Made by a program: the position numbers and the translations under genes. A DNA stretch of 64,000 nucleotides from Escherichia phage LH2. The DNA lies in the sequence record OQ378934.1; one strand, 5' to 3'. The notes below the pieces were generated by a model. The model was not told the origin of the DNA and made no database searches. It saw only the letters and a list, made by a program, of their open reading frames with translations. Position 1 is the first letter of the stretch; each line of letters opens with the position of its first letter. This document shows positions 9,249-20,049 of the stretch, piece after piece.

Positions 9249-9259
9249 TAAAAATCCTT

Positions 9260-9277
9260 AGAGGGCCGAAGCCCTCT
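9260..9277 (-). other. intercistronic hairpin between genes 37 and 38
   Basis: Perfect GC-rich inverted repeat agagggccgaagccctct between the gene 37 stop and the gene 38 start. Confidence 0.5.
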
Positions 9278-9278
9278 T

Positions 9279-12200
9279 TTACATAAGTTTAGATTCAAGT
9301 TCTTTTACACGAGCAGAAAGTGTTTTCACAGCTTCAACCAGAAGAGCAATCTGGGCTTGAGAAGAAACAGTGAGTATTTTATTACCCTTGCTATCTTCTG
9401 TTTCACGGACAGCTTCTGGTAAAACGTCTTGTAACGTTTGAGCCACAATACCCGCTTCAGTTTCAATTGCCTCTCCACCGATGTATTCAGCTTTATCGTA
9501 AATGACACCGTTAAGTTTTTCAACTTTATCAAGTGCATTTTCGATAGGTTTAAAGTTGGATTTTAAACGAATATCAGAACGAATATAAACGTTTGGAGCA
9601 TTTATATTTTTATATGAGTACAAATCGCCGTTTTGGAAACGGAATACTTGTGCGCTGTTCGCATATATGTCTAATAATCCATCGCCATTTTGCTTAATAC
9701 CAGTATCGTTATCACCAAATGTTATACTATTTCCACCAAGTGCGTTTGATGTATTGACACCGAATGCTCTCGCAGATCCGCATGATAGTATAGGAGCATA
9801 AAATGTTCCATCCATATCAAAAGTCCAACGAGCCTGTTGCCCTGATGTACTGTCACCACGCATGCGAATAATGCCTTGACGCCAAGTACCAGAAACACCC
9901 AACCATCCAAATTCAAACGATTGTCGATAACCCGTGTCAGTTAAAAAACTGTATCCAGAAAATAGCGGGTAATAAGATTGACTTGTCTTGGAAATGCCGC
10001 CTGTATTCACTAAAAATGCAGAACGGTCACGAGTCACATCTGAAATATCAGAAAAGCCAACATTCCACTGTCCAGCAACTTTAACTCGTGAATTAATGTT
10101 TCCATTAATAGTAACATCTTTACCAAAAGAAGTATTTTCGTCAAGACGAACAGTACCAGCAGTCATATCAATTGAAAATGGTCGTTTTCCATTCCAACCA
10201 CCTTCTGTTGCTGTGTTATCGCCGTCTGAAGCGTTTTTGTCGGTCAGTAAAATATAGAAGGTTCCACCATCATTTCGAAATAAAGCAGAATTAGAACCTG
10301 ACCTATCAGAATTACTCGTAATACGAATACCGGTTTGGTTATTAATAGCAATTTCAGATTCTGCTACATAACGCTTAGGCCCGTTAGGCGTTTTTTGCAA
10401 GTTATTCAATATACTTGCAACTTGACCTTGAATTGCCGTCTCAGGAAGTTCAACTGCAGTTTCTGTGGCGCCGGATGAATCTGAAGCAAATATTTGATTA
10501 ACATTAGCGTTCGGTGTGGCATAATATGAAACAGCCAACGCCTGAGCGTATGTACCTACATTCACATAGATATCATAAACATCGCCTGATGTATTAACAG
10601 TGGCAACGTTTTTAATACCTTGAGCAACATCCAACGACCAAACAACAGCATTAATGCCTTTAGGATTGTTGTTAGAAGTTCTTAAAACAATTTGCGAAAT
10701 AACACACTGGTGAGGAGTGGAAACATTATACCCATTCCCGCCTGAAATTTCAAATTTAATAGTTGAGGTTGATTGCGGCATTGTCACCGTTGCTAATTTA
10801 TACCAGCCGCCAGTACCTGAATAAGAAACCATTCGGGTATTGACTTTACGGTCTAATGTCAAGTTCAAGTTAGCAAAGTTGGGTAATGAACCACCGGTGA
10901 TATTACCATCAGTGCCAAGAGTAGCAGCACCGGCAATAATTTTACCTGCCGCGCGGAAATCGCCTGTGCGACGGAATTCCCAACTCAAATCAGTGCCACC
11001 CGTACCGGTGCCTTGGCGGTAATGAACACGGAAATCTCCTTGAGAAATTAAGGTACCAATAGAATAAGTACTATCACCTTGTACGTAACGTTGTTTAACA
11101 ATAGGAATATATTCAGAAGGAGCAGTACGCTCTATATTCATATAAATCGGAGCTCTTACGTTTGCGTCATTCTGGGATGCAAATGAACCACACCCTGCTG
11201 GACGAATGCCGTCAGAAGCTTCAATATCTATATAAGCGTTTTGTCCTAATTGCATTCTAAAATTGGCATTAATGCGAGAGTTACTGTTTATTGTAGTTAA
11301 AGCATTATTTTGATCTACTATAAAAGAATCTCTTCCTAACCCAACCATGCCATCGTTTAATCCTATTCTCACAGGTCTCAAAGAGCTGTGAATGTCTCCG
11401 CTTTCGCCTTCATTTTGATTGGTTGGAATAATATAAAAGTTACCTTCCGAACGACGGAAAATAGCACCATATTCAGCGTTCCAAATTCTTAGTGCGTTTG
11501 CTGTTCCGCCAAATTTAGCTTGTCCATTTACAGACAATCCATTATTTGCAACTAAGCTTGATTCGGTTGTAATAGAACCAGAAGTAACAATATTACCTGA
11601 AGTTAATAAACCACCATTAACTCGGAGTTGAATAGGCCCGACAGTCGAACCAGGTGCAGGAGCTACGCGTTGAGAATAAAAATGGTAACCTTGCCCATCA
11701 GCTACTTCAAAAACGGTTTCACGATTACGATCACCAGATGCGTTAAATGAATTACCCCATGCTTTAACAGTTACATAACTCTTATTCTGGCCTGGTCGAG
11801 TACCGCCTTCCCACATGATTTGCTTAGTGCCGTCAATACCTGAAGCTGCTTTAAAAACTAGAGAAGCATTAGTTCCATCACCATTAAAATATAATCCATT
11901 ATTAAGTTTTAATGTTTGAACAGAAGCGATGGTACCATCAGCACGCAAACTTAATGTATTTGCTCCAGTTTTAATATCTAAAATTCCTGGTTCAACAATA
12001 AGTCCTTCGGCCATACTAACTGACATACGGCCCCGGCCACGGAAATAGTGATACATTTTAGAATTACTGTTATAACCGATATGAGTTTGCCCATCACCGT
12101 TATTATTGCCATCAGCATCGGTGCGTGCGGTAAACATTGCTTGGTTGTTATTTGGGAAATCCCAAGTAGAACCGGAATCTCGACTATAACCAACTGTCAA

Positions 12201-13289
12201 TTTCTTAGTGCTGTTAATACCGTTATTCAAAATGGTAGCAGTTGAAATACCGTTAGCCATCAGGTCATAAACGCCATCGCGAACCCATTTAATACCGGTA
12301 TCGTTATCGCCAATCGCAATACCAATAGAAATTGCAGAATCTAAAGGATAACGCCCATTTACACCATTATCAGGAAGACCTACTGAAATAGATTTACCTG
12401 CAGTAATACGACCAGAGGTATCAAAGGCCCACTGGAAAGACGAAGGTCCTACGCCGGTCCACCAAGAAATTTCTTGTGGCTTTCCCGAACGACAGTCAAC
12501 TATTTCATGGAAAATGCTAGAAGTATTTGAAGCTCGCATTTTACGCATATAGTTCAATCCGTTTGTATCACGGTCAGAACCATCTGCTGGTGGATTATAA
12601 ATCCAAGTAGGTAAAGAAACAATGTCATAACCCGCGTCATTATTCGGGATAAAGGTTTTAGAACTCAAGTTAATATTTTTAGTAACAACCTTTGGACCTG
12701 AAATATAACCGTTACGAGATTCTAAATTGCCGTAGGCCCATAGATTACCGGAACCAACAGCAAGGTCACCGGAATCAACCTGGAAATTACCATTACGATT
12801 AAAAGTCCAATATTTAGATTCACCTGCTTCACCAATGAAGTGAATTTTAAAACTGCCTTCGTTTACTAGTGTACCTGCTGAAAAAGTGCCGTCTTTATAA
12901 CGTTGCTTAATCAAAGGGTGGTATTCAGACACTGAGGTAGTTGAACTCAAATCTGTAAAGATAGGGGCCTTATTAAGATGTTGGTTAGCCCAGGCACCGT
13001 TACCGGCGGTCTTAGGTAAAAATTCAATATATTTACCGGCATAAACAAATTGGTTACCATTAAGATTAAATGTCCCGTTTTGTAAATAACTACCATTTTG
13101 AGTTACATTACCATTAATGTCCCCACCTTTAGCAAAACCAAGATCAATGATATTTCCTAAATCATCTTTAGTAAAAATTGTTCTATCTTTTAAGTTTATA
13201 GCCAATTCACCTTCGGCTAATACCGAAGCAGCAGGACGTGCACCTGCGGTTTTGCTTCTTTTAAATTGTATTTGTTTTAAAGTAGCCAT
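9279..13289 (-). CDS. 37: long tail fibre distal subunit gp37
   Basis: 1336-aa ORF starting MATLKQIQFKRSKTAGARPAASVLAEGELAINLKDRTIF (T4 gp37 N-terminus); longer than T4 gp37, as expected for gp38-adhesin-type phages. Confidence 0.9.
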   Translation of the reverse strand: MATLKQIQFKRSKTAGARPAASVLAEGELAINLKDRTIFTKDDLGNIIDLGFAKGGDINGNVTQNGSYLQNGTFNLNGNQFVYAGKYIEFLPKTAGNGAWANQHLNKAPIFTDLSSTTSVSEYHPLIKQRYKDGTFSAGTLVNEGSFKIHFIGEAGESKYWTFNRNGNFQVDSGDLAVGSGNLWAYGNLESRNGYISGPKVVTKNINLSSKTFIPNNDAGYDIVSLPTWIYNPPADGSDRDTNGLNYMRKMRASNTSSIFHEIVDCRSGKPQEISWWTGVGPSSFQWAFDTSGRITAGKSISVGLPDNGVNGRYPLDSAISIGIAIGDNDTGIKWVRDGVYDLMANGISTATILNNGINSTKKLTVGYSRDSGSTWDFPNNNQAMFTARTDADGNNNGDGQTHIGYNSNSKMYHYFRGRGRMSVSMAEGLIVEPGILDIKTGANTLSLRADGTIASVQTLKLNNGLYFNGDGTNASLVFKAASGIDGTKQIMWEGGTRPGQNKSYVTVKAWGNSFNASGDRNRETVFEVADGQGYHFYSQRVAPAPGSTVGPIQLRVNGGLLTSGNIVTSGSITTESSLVANNGLSVNGQAKFGGTANALRIWNAEYGAIFRRSEGNFYIIPTNQNEGESGDIHSSLRPVRIGLNDGMVGLGRDSFIVDQNNALTTINSNSRINANFRMQLGQNAYIDIEASDGIRPAGCGSFASQNDANVRAPIYMNIERTAPSEYIPIVKQRYVQGDSTYSIGTLISQGDFRVHYRQGTGTGGTDLSWEFRRTGDFRAAGKIIAGAATLGTDGNITGGSLPNFANLNLTLDRKVNTRMVSYSGTGGWYKLATVTMPQSTSTIKFEISGGNGYNVSTPHQCVISQIVLRTSNNNPKGINAVVWSLDVAQGIKNVATVNTSGDVYDIYVNVGTYAQALAVSYYATPNANVNQIFASDSSGATETAVELPETAIQGQVASILNNLQKTPNGPKRYVAESEIAINNQTGIRITSNSDRSGSNSALFRNDGGTFYILLTDKNASDGDNTATEGGWNGKRPFSIDMTAGTVRLDENTSFGKDVTINGNINSRVKVAGQWNVGFSDISDVTRDRSAFLVNTGGISKTSQSYYPLFSGYSFLTDTGYRQSFEFGWLGVSGTWRQGIIRMRGDSTSGQQARWTFDMDGTFYAPILSCGSARAFGVNTSNALGGNSITFGDNDTGIKQNGDGLLDIYANSAQVFRFQNGDLYSYKNINAPNVYIRSDIRLKSNFKPIENALDKVEKLNGVIYDKAEYIGGEAIETEAGIVAQTLQDVLPEAVRETEDSKGNKILTVSSQAQIALLVEAVKTLSARVKELESKLM

Positions 13290-13297
13290 AAGTCCTC

Positions 13298-13963
13298 TTA
13301 ATAATAGCCGAAATCTTGAACAGAATCCTTAATTACGATTTGGTCAAATCGTGGAACGTGTGAAGGTTGAGATGCGGGATTCTGCGAGAAAAAGTTTGGC
13401 GCGGTTAAATTACCTGTCATAGTGTCGCCAGAACGCAACACTCTAGAGTTCGCATTTGCTGTAACAGTATTTATTGCTCCATCAACATAGTCCTTTCTAG
13501 TAAGGTCATTTGCTGATACAGGAGAAACTGCATTACTTCTTATTTGACCTACTGCTGTCACAACGCCTTTTGTACTAATATCACCATTACGTGCATTAAT
13601 TACAACATTTCGTTCCGCTGAACCTTGTGATGATTTAAAACCAATACCATTCCACGAAACAATATCAATATTTGCTACAGCAAAAGTAGCATTATCACCG
13701 TTACCTGGATAAATACCACATTGGTTTGTGTTGTTTATAGCATACGGAACTTGTACGCCACCGTTAAATGTTACCTTTGATGCATAAGTACCACCATTAG
13801 CTTTAGAAACGAAATCGTTATCAGTTGCCTGTGGTTTATTATATTCTGAATATATTTTAAATGATTTATAGAGTACATCGTCACCGGCTGGATTCAATGG
13901 AAAATTTCCTTGATGCCAAATGACAGAGCCTCCGGATGTTGAACCTACTTTTAAATCAGCCAT
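13298..13963 (-). CDS. 36: long tail fibre hinge/distal connector gp36
   Basis: 221-aa ORF (T4 gp36 is 221 aa) between genes 35 and 37. Confidence 0.9.
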   Translation of the reverse strand: MADLKVGSTSGGSVIWHQGNFPLNPAGDDVLYKSFKIYSEYNKPQATDNDFVSKANGGTYASKVTFNGGVQVPYAINNTNQCGIYPGNGDNATFAVANIDIVSWNGIGFKSSQGSAERNVVINARNGDISTKGVVTAVGQIRSNAVSPVSANDLTRKDYVDGAINTVTANANSRVLRSGDTMTGNLTAPNFFSQNPASQPSHVPRFDQIVIKDSVQDFGYY

Positions 13964-13986
13964 TGTATGCCCCTTTATTTTAATAG

Positions 13987-13994
13987 TATTTATA
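13987..13994 (-). promoter_or_regulatory. late promoter TATAAATA for gene 36
   Basis: Plus-strand tatttata is TATAAATA on the - strand, about 25 nt upstream of the gene 36 start; preceded by a hairpin at 14003-14020. Confidence 0.65.
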
Positions 13995-14002
13995 AAGAAA
14001 AA

Positions 14003-14020
14003 GGGAGCCCGAAGGCTCCC
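14003..14020 (-). terminator. hairpin (gggagccttcgggctccc) plus T-run after gene 35
   Basis: GC-rich inverted repeat followed on the - strand by ttttc, between the gene 35 stop and the gene 36 late promoter. Confidence 0.55.
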
Positions 14021-14025
14021 TCAAT

Positions 14026-15141
14026 TTATACTTCTCTAAATTCTTGTCCAAACACTTTACCAGTTTTAGACGATGCTTGTGTAGGAAGTACCATTATATC
14101 CGGAGGTGAAGCGGATTCACAGATATAATTAACACGAATACCATTGACGCCAAATTCAGCAGGTTTCGAAATGCCGCCATTTCTTGATACTTCAGAAAAG
14201 CTTAAATTTCGCATACCGCCTTGTCCCGCTTGAGCAGTTCTCTGTGCGTATATCGTAAATCCTACTGCGTTTTCTGGAACAACTACATAATCTTCCTTTA
14301 ATTCCCATGACCCAGCTTGTCCAGTAAATTCAGCCTGCGTTGAAGAAATATATCTGTTAGATGCATCATAAAATCGAATGGATATATTCGTAGTTCCAAG
14401 AGCAAGTAAATCAGCATCGGCGTATAGCTGTGTTTTAAGATAAAGAACATCACCAGGAATTAAATTATAATCAGAGAGTTTACTTATTGCAGCCGAAGTT
14501 GGTAAACGCGCGATTTCGTTATTAGTTCCACCAACCGCTGACATAAATTGCTCAACGCTTTCATACGTTCTTCTTGGAAACCCGGTAGCTCCAACATCTT
14601 CTAAACTGTCAAATACAACATCTAAAATAGTTTGATAATCATCTGTGCTTTTTCTATTACTCAGTTTAACATGCTCTAATGCAATAGCTCTTTTAGAAGA
14701 AGTATAAAAAGCAGCATATGATACGTCAAATCTTGACAATATAGAGTCAGATGGAAAAGCAGACGTTCCTGCGGTTCTTAACCAAGATACTACTTCAGGA
14801 GGAAAATTAACCTTTCCGTTAGTTAATATAGCAACAAGTCTATTGCTTGAAATAGAATTCATGAAGCTAACAAAAGCGGCAGATGTAGTATCATTTGAAG
14901 TCGAAAAAGCATATGACTTACTATCAACTAATGCTCCGGTGGAAGGGTCAAAAACTCTTAAATGAAGGCCTGCGCTAAATGTTTGATTTCCGATAGGATT
15001 ATCCTGAAATTTAACGTATGGTCCTGCTGTAGAAAGCGGGCAAGAACCCGCTATGCTTATTTTGTATCTTACTGAATTGCTTTCCGATAAAAATGGCGTT
15101 TGGACATATCCTTGTCCAAACTCTGCCATAAATTTTTCCAT
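14026..15141 (-). CDS. 35: long tail fibre hinge gp35
   Basis: 371-aa ORF (T4 gp35 is 372 aa) between genes 34 and 36. Confidence 0.9.
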   Translation of the reverse strand: MEKFMAEFGQGYVQTPFLSESNSVRYKISIAGSCPLSTAGPYVKFQDNPIGNQTFSAGLHLRVFDPSTGALVDSKSYAFSTSNDTTSAAFVSFMNSISSNRLVAILTNGKVNFPPEVVSWLRTAGTSAFPSDSILSRFDVSYAAFYTSSKRAIALEHVKLSNRKSTDDYQTILDVVFDSLEDVGATGFPRRTYESVEQFMSAVGGTNNEIARLPTSAAISKLSDYNLIPGDVLYLKTQLYADADLLALGTTNISIRFYDASNRYISSTQAEFTGQAGSWELKEDYVVVPENAVGFTIYAQRTAQAGQGGMRNLSFSEVSRNGGISKPAEFGVNGIRVNYICESASPPDIMVLPTQASSKTGKVFGQEFREV

Positions 15142-15149
15142 AATACCTC

Positions 15150-18100
15150 TTATTCAACCCATTCAAATTTAACAGATTTATTCACTGGGTCAGGAACAAT
15201 GCGAACATTACCAATTCGTAAGAAATCACGAATAGTAAGATTCCCCATTGTAGCATTATCAGATGGTAAAGCACCGATATCAGATGGTTGAGGAGGGTTA
15301 CCTCCATCAAATACCTGAACAAAACTCGACCAAGAGTTTTTGGTTTTCTGCCATGTACGTGTCCAACGGGTTGTACGTGCTTCTGGAGTTGTTGGATAAG
15401 TAATCCAATCTTGGTAAAGCGAATCAAGTGTGTTACCAAACTGAGTCAGTGTACCAGGAGATTTAACTTCTTCGCCACGTTCTAAGTATGGAAGCCCAGT
15501 CACTTCATTAGTTTTTTCAACCATTTTAAAATAACCCGGGAATTGGTTATAAGTAGCTGAATCATTAATATCGATTGACCAGAATCCTACTGTATCAGAT
15601 GTTGGCGCACGGGTATATAAATCAGATGTTTTATTACCCTGAGAACGAATTCTCGAGTTAACAGTTAAGCCACCTGAGTTTATAGTAACACCTTTGGCAA
15701 CGATTAAGCCTTCACCAATCGTTACTTGACCAGATGCATTGTTAATAGCTAAAGGACGTAATCCATTAAATCCGCCAGTCTGATCACCAGATGCAGTGAG
15801 CATAAAATATGTGCTAACGCCATCATTCCTGATAAAGAATCCATAATTACCATTTATTGCTCTAAAGGCATTTGCTGATTTACTGGTGAATTCGCCATTA
15901 GCAGTAACTGAACGACCGAATGTTGCAACGCCATTCACATTCATCAAACCGGAAGCATTAATATTTATTGGCATTACAGTACCATTAATGCTAAACGCTA
16001 TATTCCCGTCTTTATTACGTTGAGAATAAAAGTGATAAGATGTTTCATCACCAACTTCAAATACAGTAGAACGTGCTGTATCTGATCCGCCACCAAACTG
16101 ATTTCCCCAAACTTTGATAGCCATCGTCTGCGCTGGGTTAGTTCCAGTCTGAGGTCCTTTCTCAAAAATCAGACGAGTTGCCGTTCCAGTATTAGAAATA
16201 GTTAATGTACTATTTGCCGAAACTGATCCACCAAACGTAGCAGTACTAGATGATACAAGAGGGGCACTCAGATTCATTTGTTGGGTTAAGGTTAGTGAAC
16301 CATTAACCGTCTGTGCAATATCCCTACGAATGAACTGAGATGAATCTAGACCATCCAATAAATTTGTATCAGCAGCTTTTGCTTTTAACGGCAAATAATT
16401 TGCTAATACACGGTTTAATTCATATGGTGATACCGCATAGCTATTTTTCTCATATGATTCTAATGGCTGTGTTGAACCTACCGTATCATTACCAACGAAT
16501 GTAATTGAACCAGATGAAGTTTTAACAAAACCTCTTATCGCAGTAGTAGCTGCCCAGGTAGGTTCACTCTGCACAATCCATTTTAAATTTTTTGGAGATA
16601 CAGCAGTATTTGCTGACGTTCCAGTCACAGTTTCAGACTGAGTTGCAACTTTAATAACACCTTCTTGTGCTTCAGTAGATTTAGTACCTAAAAGCTTTTT
16701 AGGAGTTATTAAAACATTATCTAATTTTCCTGCAGCAGCTTCAACCTGTGTAGCTACACGAAGTGTACCACGCTGTGTCTCATTTGCTTCAAGAATATTA
16801 AGTGTATAATGGTCCCAGAGAGTTCCTGATTCAACTAATCCAGATAGAGCAACAACAGAAGTACGATCAGTACTATTAAATCTAGTTTTAATTTTTAATG
16901 GTGTAGAGATACGAGTATCGTCGACGCCTGCGTCGAATTCAACTTGTGTAGCAATTTCAGCTATACCACTTAAACTTTCAGTTGCTCTACGGTCATTTAA
17001 AGTTTTAGGAGTGACTGCACGAGTATAATCAGTCCCAGCATTAGTTTCTGCTTGCGTAGCAATTTCAATTAAACCAATTCTTCCATCAGTTGATGTCTTT
17101 TTATGTAACGTTTCTGGCGTTACAACAGCATTTGCCCATCCTTGCTGACTTTGTCCAGCAATTACTTCACTTTCAACTGCTAAAATTACTGCACCCTGTT
17201 GAGTAGGCGTAGCTTTATACTGATCCAAAGCTTTAGGCGAAACAACTAAATTATTAGTGTTTTTATTATAAACATTCGTACCATTTAATTCACGGCTAGA
17301 AGCTGGAGTAGCACCTGCAGTAGATACAAAGGTTACAATACCAGATAATGATTCAGAACCTTGTCGAGCTTGAAGCTTTTTAGGAGTAATGATTGTAGTA
17401 TCATCAGTACCTGCATTAGTTTCTTGCTGCGTAGCAATTTCAGCAACACCTCTACGAGTTTCTGTAGCAGTTCTTTCATTCAGCTTTTTAGGAGTAATGA
17501 TAAGATCATCAGCAAAAGAGAATGTGGTGTTCTGATTCACTTGAGCAGTAGTTGCTATTCTTGCAATACCTCTGCGAGTTTCAGTAGCAGTACGATTAGC
17601 TAACGTTTCTGGAGTAATTGCTAATTCTTTTTGTGGAGAATTTTCTAAATCGACATTAGCTTGAGCTTGTGTAGCTAAAGCAATTACGCCTAATCTTGCT
17701 CTAGTAGAATCATTTAAAGAGTCTACTCTTTCTACAGTTGGAACGTTTTGCTGTACTACCCAGTATTTTCCATCAGAATCTTCTATATAAGCAAGTTGTA
17801 AAACTGGAACATAATTAGTTTCACCGTTAAAAACTAATTCTTGAACAGTCACCCATTTAGTTTCAGGCGGATACTCTGAACGTTTTGGGAATTGCAGCAA
17901 TTGAACTGAAGAAGCAATTTTATCTTCACCGGCAGCTTTGATTTTAACTGTTTGTCCTTTTCTCATGTAATTCATGGAAATTTTAACAGTATCACCAACA
18001 GAAATATCAGTCGGAAGCTGAAGTTCAATTGTCTGAGCTGTTCCGTTATTCGCACCAAATACCATAACTTCTTCATTTGGACGAATATTAGAATTAGTCG

Positions 18101-19019
18101 TTATAATGCGTAAACGCGCTTTATTATCCCCGTCAAACAATCTCCACAATTTCTCATTATCATCAAACATCAAGAAACCGTCAATCGTTGTACGGCCTTC
18201 AATGGAATGAGTTCCAACTTCTTGTATTGAAGTCGTTTCATCGTATGTAGTAACAATTGTATGATAAAGCGGATTTAGTTTATCTAAATCGACGAAATTA
18301 ATAATATCGCCATGATTAGCAAATCTTGGAAGTTTAACATTAATTGGTGCAGCAGAAGTAAATCTACGTACGATAAAATCGTTGGATTGCGCTTGATAAG
18401 TATTCGCTGGTGTTACAACTATAGCTTCTCTACTATAATCAGCAACATACATTTGCCACAGACGATTACTAAAAATTAAAACTAGCTGTGACTTTGGATG
18501 AGTCATTAGTACTGAACGTACTTGTTCACCTCTAAAGTTTACAATACTTTGCACTGGAGCTACAATTAAAACTTGGTTAACTCCAGGTTTTCCTCCAATA
18601 TCTTGGAGAATGATAGTATCACCATCAATTGGAGAAGACGGTAAAGTAAACGTAATGTCATTTCCAGCTGCAGTGTTAACCGAAATTGCTTCACCAGATT
18701 TTAATTGATATGAACCAGATGAAACCGTAATCCAGTTTGCATCGGTACGTAATGCTCTCCAGCGTCCGCTATTAAAAGCTCCTGCTGGTTTTGGAATATC
18801 ATTTATAGCAGCCCAAAAGCGGTTATCATAAATGATTACAAAATCTTTTAAATATCCACGAGTTGGATCATATTGTTGAACTGTATTTTCTTGAATTAAG
18901 TAATCAACGTTAACACCGTCAGTTCCTACGGTACGATCAGCTAAAGCTACGTTGATTATTTTATCACCACCTGCGTCCAGACCATCTTCTGCTCTGAACT
19001 TTCTTTTAATCTCGGCCAT
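15150..19019 (-). CDS. 34: long tail fibre proximal subunit gp34
   Basis: 1289-aa ORF (T4 gp34 is 1289 aa); N-terminus MAEIKRKFRAEDGLDAGGDKIINVALADRTVGTDGVNVDYL; contains internal ~40-aa sequence repeats. Confidence 0.95.
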   Translation of the reverse strand: MAEIKRKFRAEDGLDAGGDKIINVALADRTVGTDGVNVDYLIQENTVQQYDPTRGYLKDFVIIYDNRFWAAINDIPKPAGAFNSGRWRALRTDANWITVSSGSYQLKSGEAISVNTAAGNDITFTLPSSPIDGDTIILQDIGGKPGVNQVLIVAPVQSIVNFRGEQVRSVLMTHPKSQLVLIFSNRLWQMYVADYSREAIVVTPANTYQAQSNDFIVRRFTSAAPINVKLPRFANHGDIINFVDLDKLNPLYHTIVTTYDETTSIQEVGTHSIEGRTTIDGFLMFDDNEKLWRLFDGDNKARLRIITTNSNIRPNEEVMVFGANNGTAQTIELQLPTDISVGDTVKISMNYMRKGQTVKIKAAGEDKIASSVQLLQFPKRSEYPPETKWVTVQELVFNGETNYVPVLQLAYIEDSDGKYWVVQQNVPTVERVDSLNDSTRARLGVIALATQAQANVDLENSPQKELAITPETLANRTATETRRGIARIATTAQVNQNTTFSFADDLIITPKKLNERTATETRRGVAEIATQQETNAGTDDTTIITPKKLQARQGSESLSGIVTFVSTAGATPASSRELNGTNVYNKNTNNLVVSPKALDQYKATPTQQGAVILAVESEVIAGQSQQGWANAVVTPETLHKKTSTDGRIGLIEIATQAETNAGTDYTRAVTPKTLNDRRATESLSGIAEIATQVEFDAGVDDTRISTPLKIKTRFNSTDRTSVVALSGLVESGTLWDHYTLNILEANETQRGTLRVATQVEAAAGKLDNVLITPKKLLGTKSTEAQEGVIKVATQSETVTGTSANTAVSPKNLKWIVQSEPTWAATTAIRGFVKTSSGSITFVGNDTVGSTQPLESYEKNSYAVSPYELNRVLANYLPLKAKAADTNLLDGLDSSQFIRRDIAQTVNGSLTLTQQMNLSAPLVSSSTATFGGSVSANSTLTISNTGTATRLIFEKGPQTGTNPAQTMAIKVWGNQFGGGSDTARSTVFEVGDETSYHFYSQRNKDGNIAFSINGTVMPININASGLMNVNGVATFGRSVTANGEFTSKSANAFRAINGNYGFFIRNDGVSTYFMLTASGDQTGGFNGLRPLAINNASGQVTIGEGLIVAKGVTINSGGLTVNSRIRSQGNKTSDLYTRAPTSDTVGFWSIDINDSATYNQFPGYFKMVEKTNEVTGLPYLERGEEVKSPGTLTQFGNTLDSLYQDWITYPTTPEARTTRWTRTWQKTKNSWSSFVQVFDGGNPPQPSDIGALPSDNATMGNLTIRDFLRIGNVRIVPDPVNKSVKFEWVE

Positions 19020-19053
19020 TCTCCCGGGCTCCTATTGTGTTTTCAATAATAAG

Positions 19054-19061
19054 TATTTATA
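19054..19061 (-). promoter_or_regulatory. late promoter TATAAATA for gene 34
   Basis: Plus-strand tatttata is TATAAATA on the - strand, about 35 nt upstream of the gene 34 start codon. Confidence 0.7.
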
Positions 19062-19063
19062 CT

Positions 19064-19095
19064 TGTTTACTTTAAGATTTGGATGGTATATAATA
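19064..19095 (+). promoter_or_regulatory. early/middle-type promoter upstream of rnh (GTTTAC 19064-19069, TATAAT 19087-19092)
   Basis: GTTTACtttaagatttggatggtaTATAATagaaa with 17-nt spacing. Confidence 0.6.
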
Positions 19096-19123
19096 GAAAT
19101 CTCACTAATTGAACGAGGTTCAT

Positions 19124-20041
19124 ATGGATTTAGAAATGATGTTGGATGAAGATTACAAAGAAGGAATCTGCTTAATTGACTTTAGTCAAATTGCGCTTTC
19201 AACTGCTCTGGTAAACTTCCCAGATAAAGAAAAAATTAATTTATCAATGGTTCGTCATTTGATATTGAACTCAATTAAGTTTAATGTCAAAAAAGCAAAA
19301 ACTCTTGGATACACTAAAATTGTATTGTGTATTGATAACGCGAAATCTGGATACTGGCGTCGTGATTTCGCTTATTACTATAAGAAAAACCGCGGAAAAG
19401 CACGAGAAGAATCTACTTGGGACTGGGAAGGTTATTTTGAATCCAGCCATAAAGTTATAGATGAATTGAAAGCTTATATGCCATACATTGTTATGGATAT
19501 TGATAAGTATGAAGCAGATGACCACATTGCTGTTCTTGTTAAAAAGTTCTCTTTAGAAGGACATAAAATTTTAATCATTTCGTCGGATGGTGACTTTACT
19601 CAACTTCACAAATACCCAAATGTTAAGCAATGGTCACCGATGCACAAGAAATGGGTTAAAATTAAAAGCGGTTCTGCTGAAATTGACTGTATGACTAAAA
19701 TCCTTAAAGGCGACAAAAAGGATAACGTTGCTTCAGTTAAAGTACGATCTGACTTTTGGTTTACCAAAGTTGAAGGTGAACGAACTCCTTCAATGAAAAC
19801 TTCAATCGTTGAAGCTATTGCTAATGATCGTGAGCAAGCTAAGGTGCTTCTCACAGAATCTGAATATAATCGTTATAAAGAAAATTTAGTTCTAATTGAT
19901 TTTGATTATATTCCTGATAATATTGCTTCAAACATTGTGAATTACTATAATTCATATAAATTACCACCGCGTGGCAAAATTTATTCATATTTTGTAAAAG
20001 CGGGTCTTTCTAAATTAACTAATAGCATTAATGAATTTTGA
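19124..20041 (+). CDS. rnh: RNase H (5'-3' exonuclease, FEN family)
   Basis: 305-aa product from the MDLEMMLDEDYKEGICLIDFSQIALS start, matching T4 RNase H in length and sequence; the listed ORF begins 15 nt upstream at an alternative ATG. Confidence 0.95.
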   Translation: MDLEMMLDEDYKEGICLIDFSQIALSTALVNFPDKEKINLSMVRHLILNSIKFNVKKAKTLGYTKIVLCIDNAKSGYWRRDFAYYYKKNRGKAREESTWDWEGYFESSHKVIDELKAYMPYIVMDIDKYEADDHIAVLVKKFSLEGHKILIISSDGDFTQLHKYPNVKQWSPMHKKWVKIKSGSAEIDCMTKILKGDKKDNVASVKVRSDFWFTKVEGERTPSMKTSIVEAIANDREQAKVLLTESEYNRYKENLVLIDFDYIPDNIASNIVNYYNSYKLPPRGKIYSYFVKAGLSKLTNSINEF

Positions 20042-20049
20042 GGTGAATA

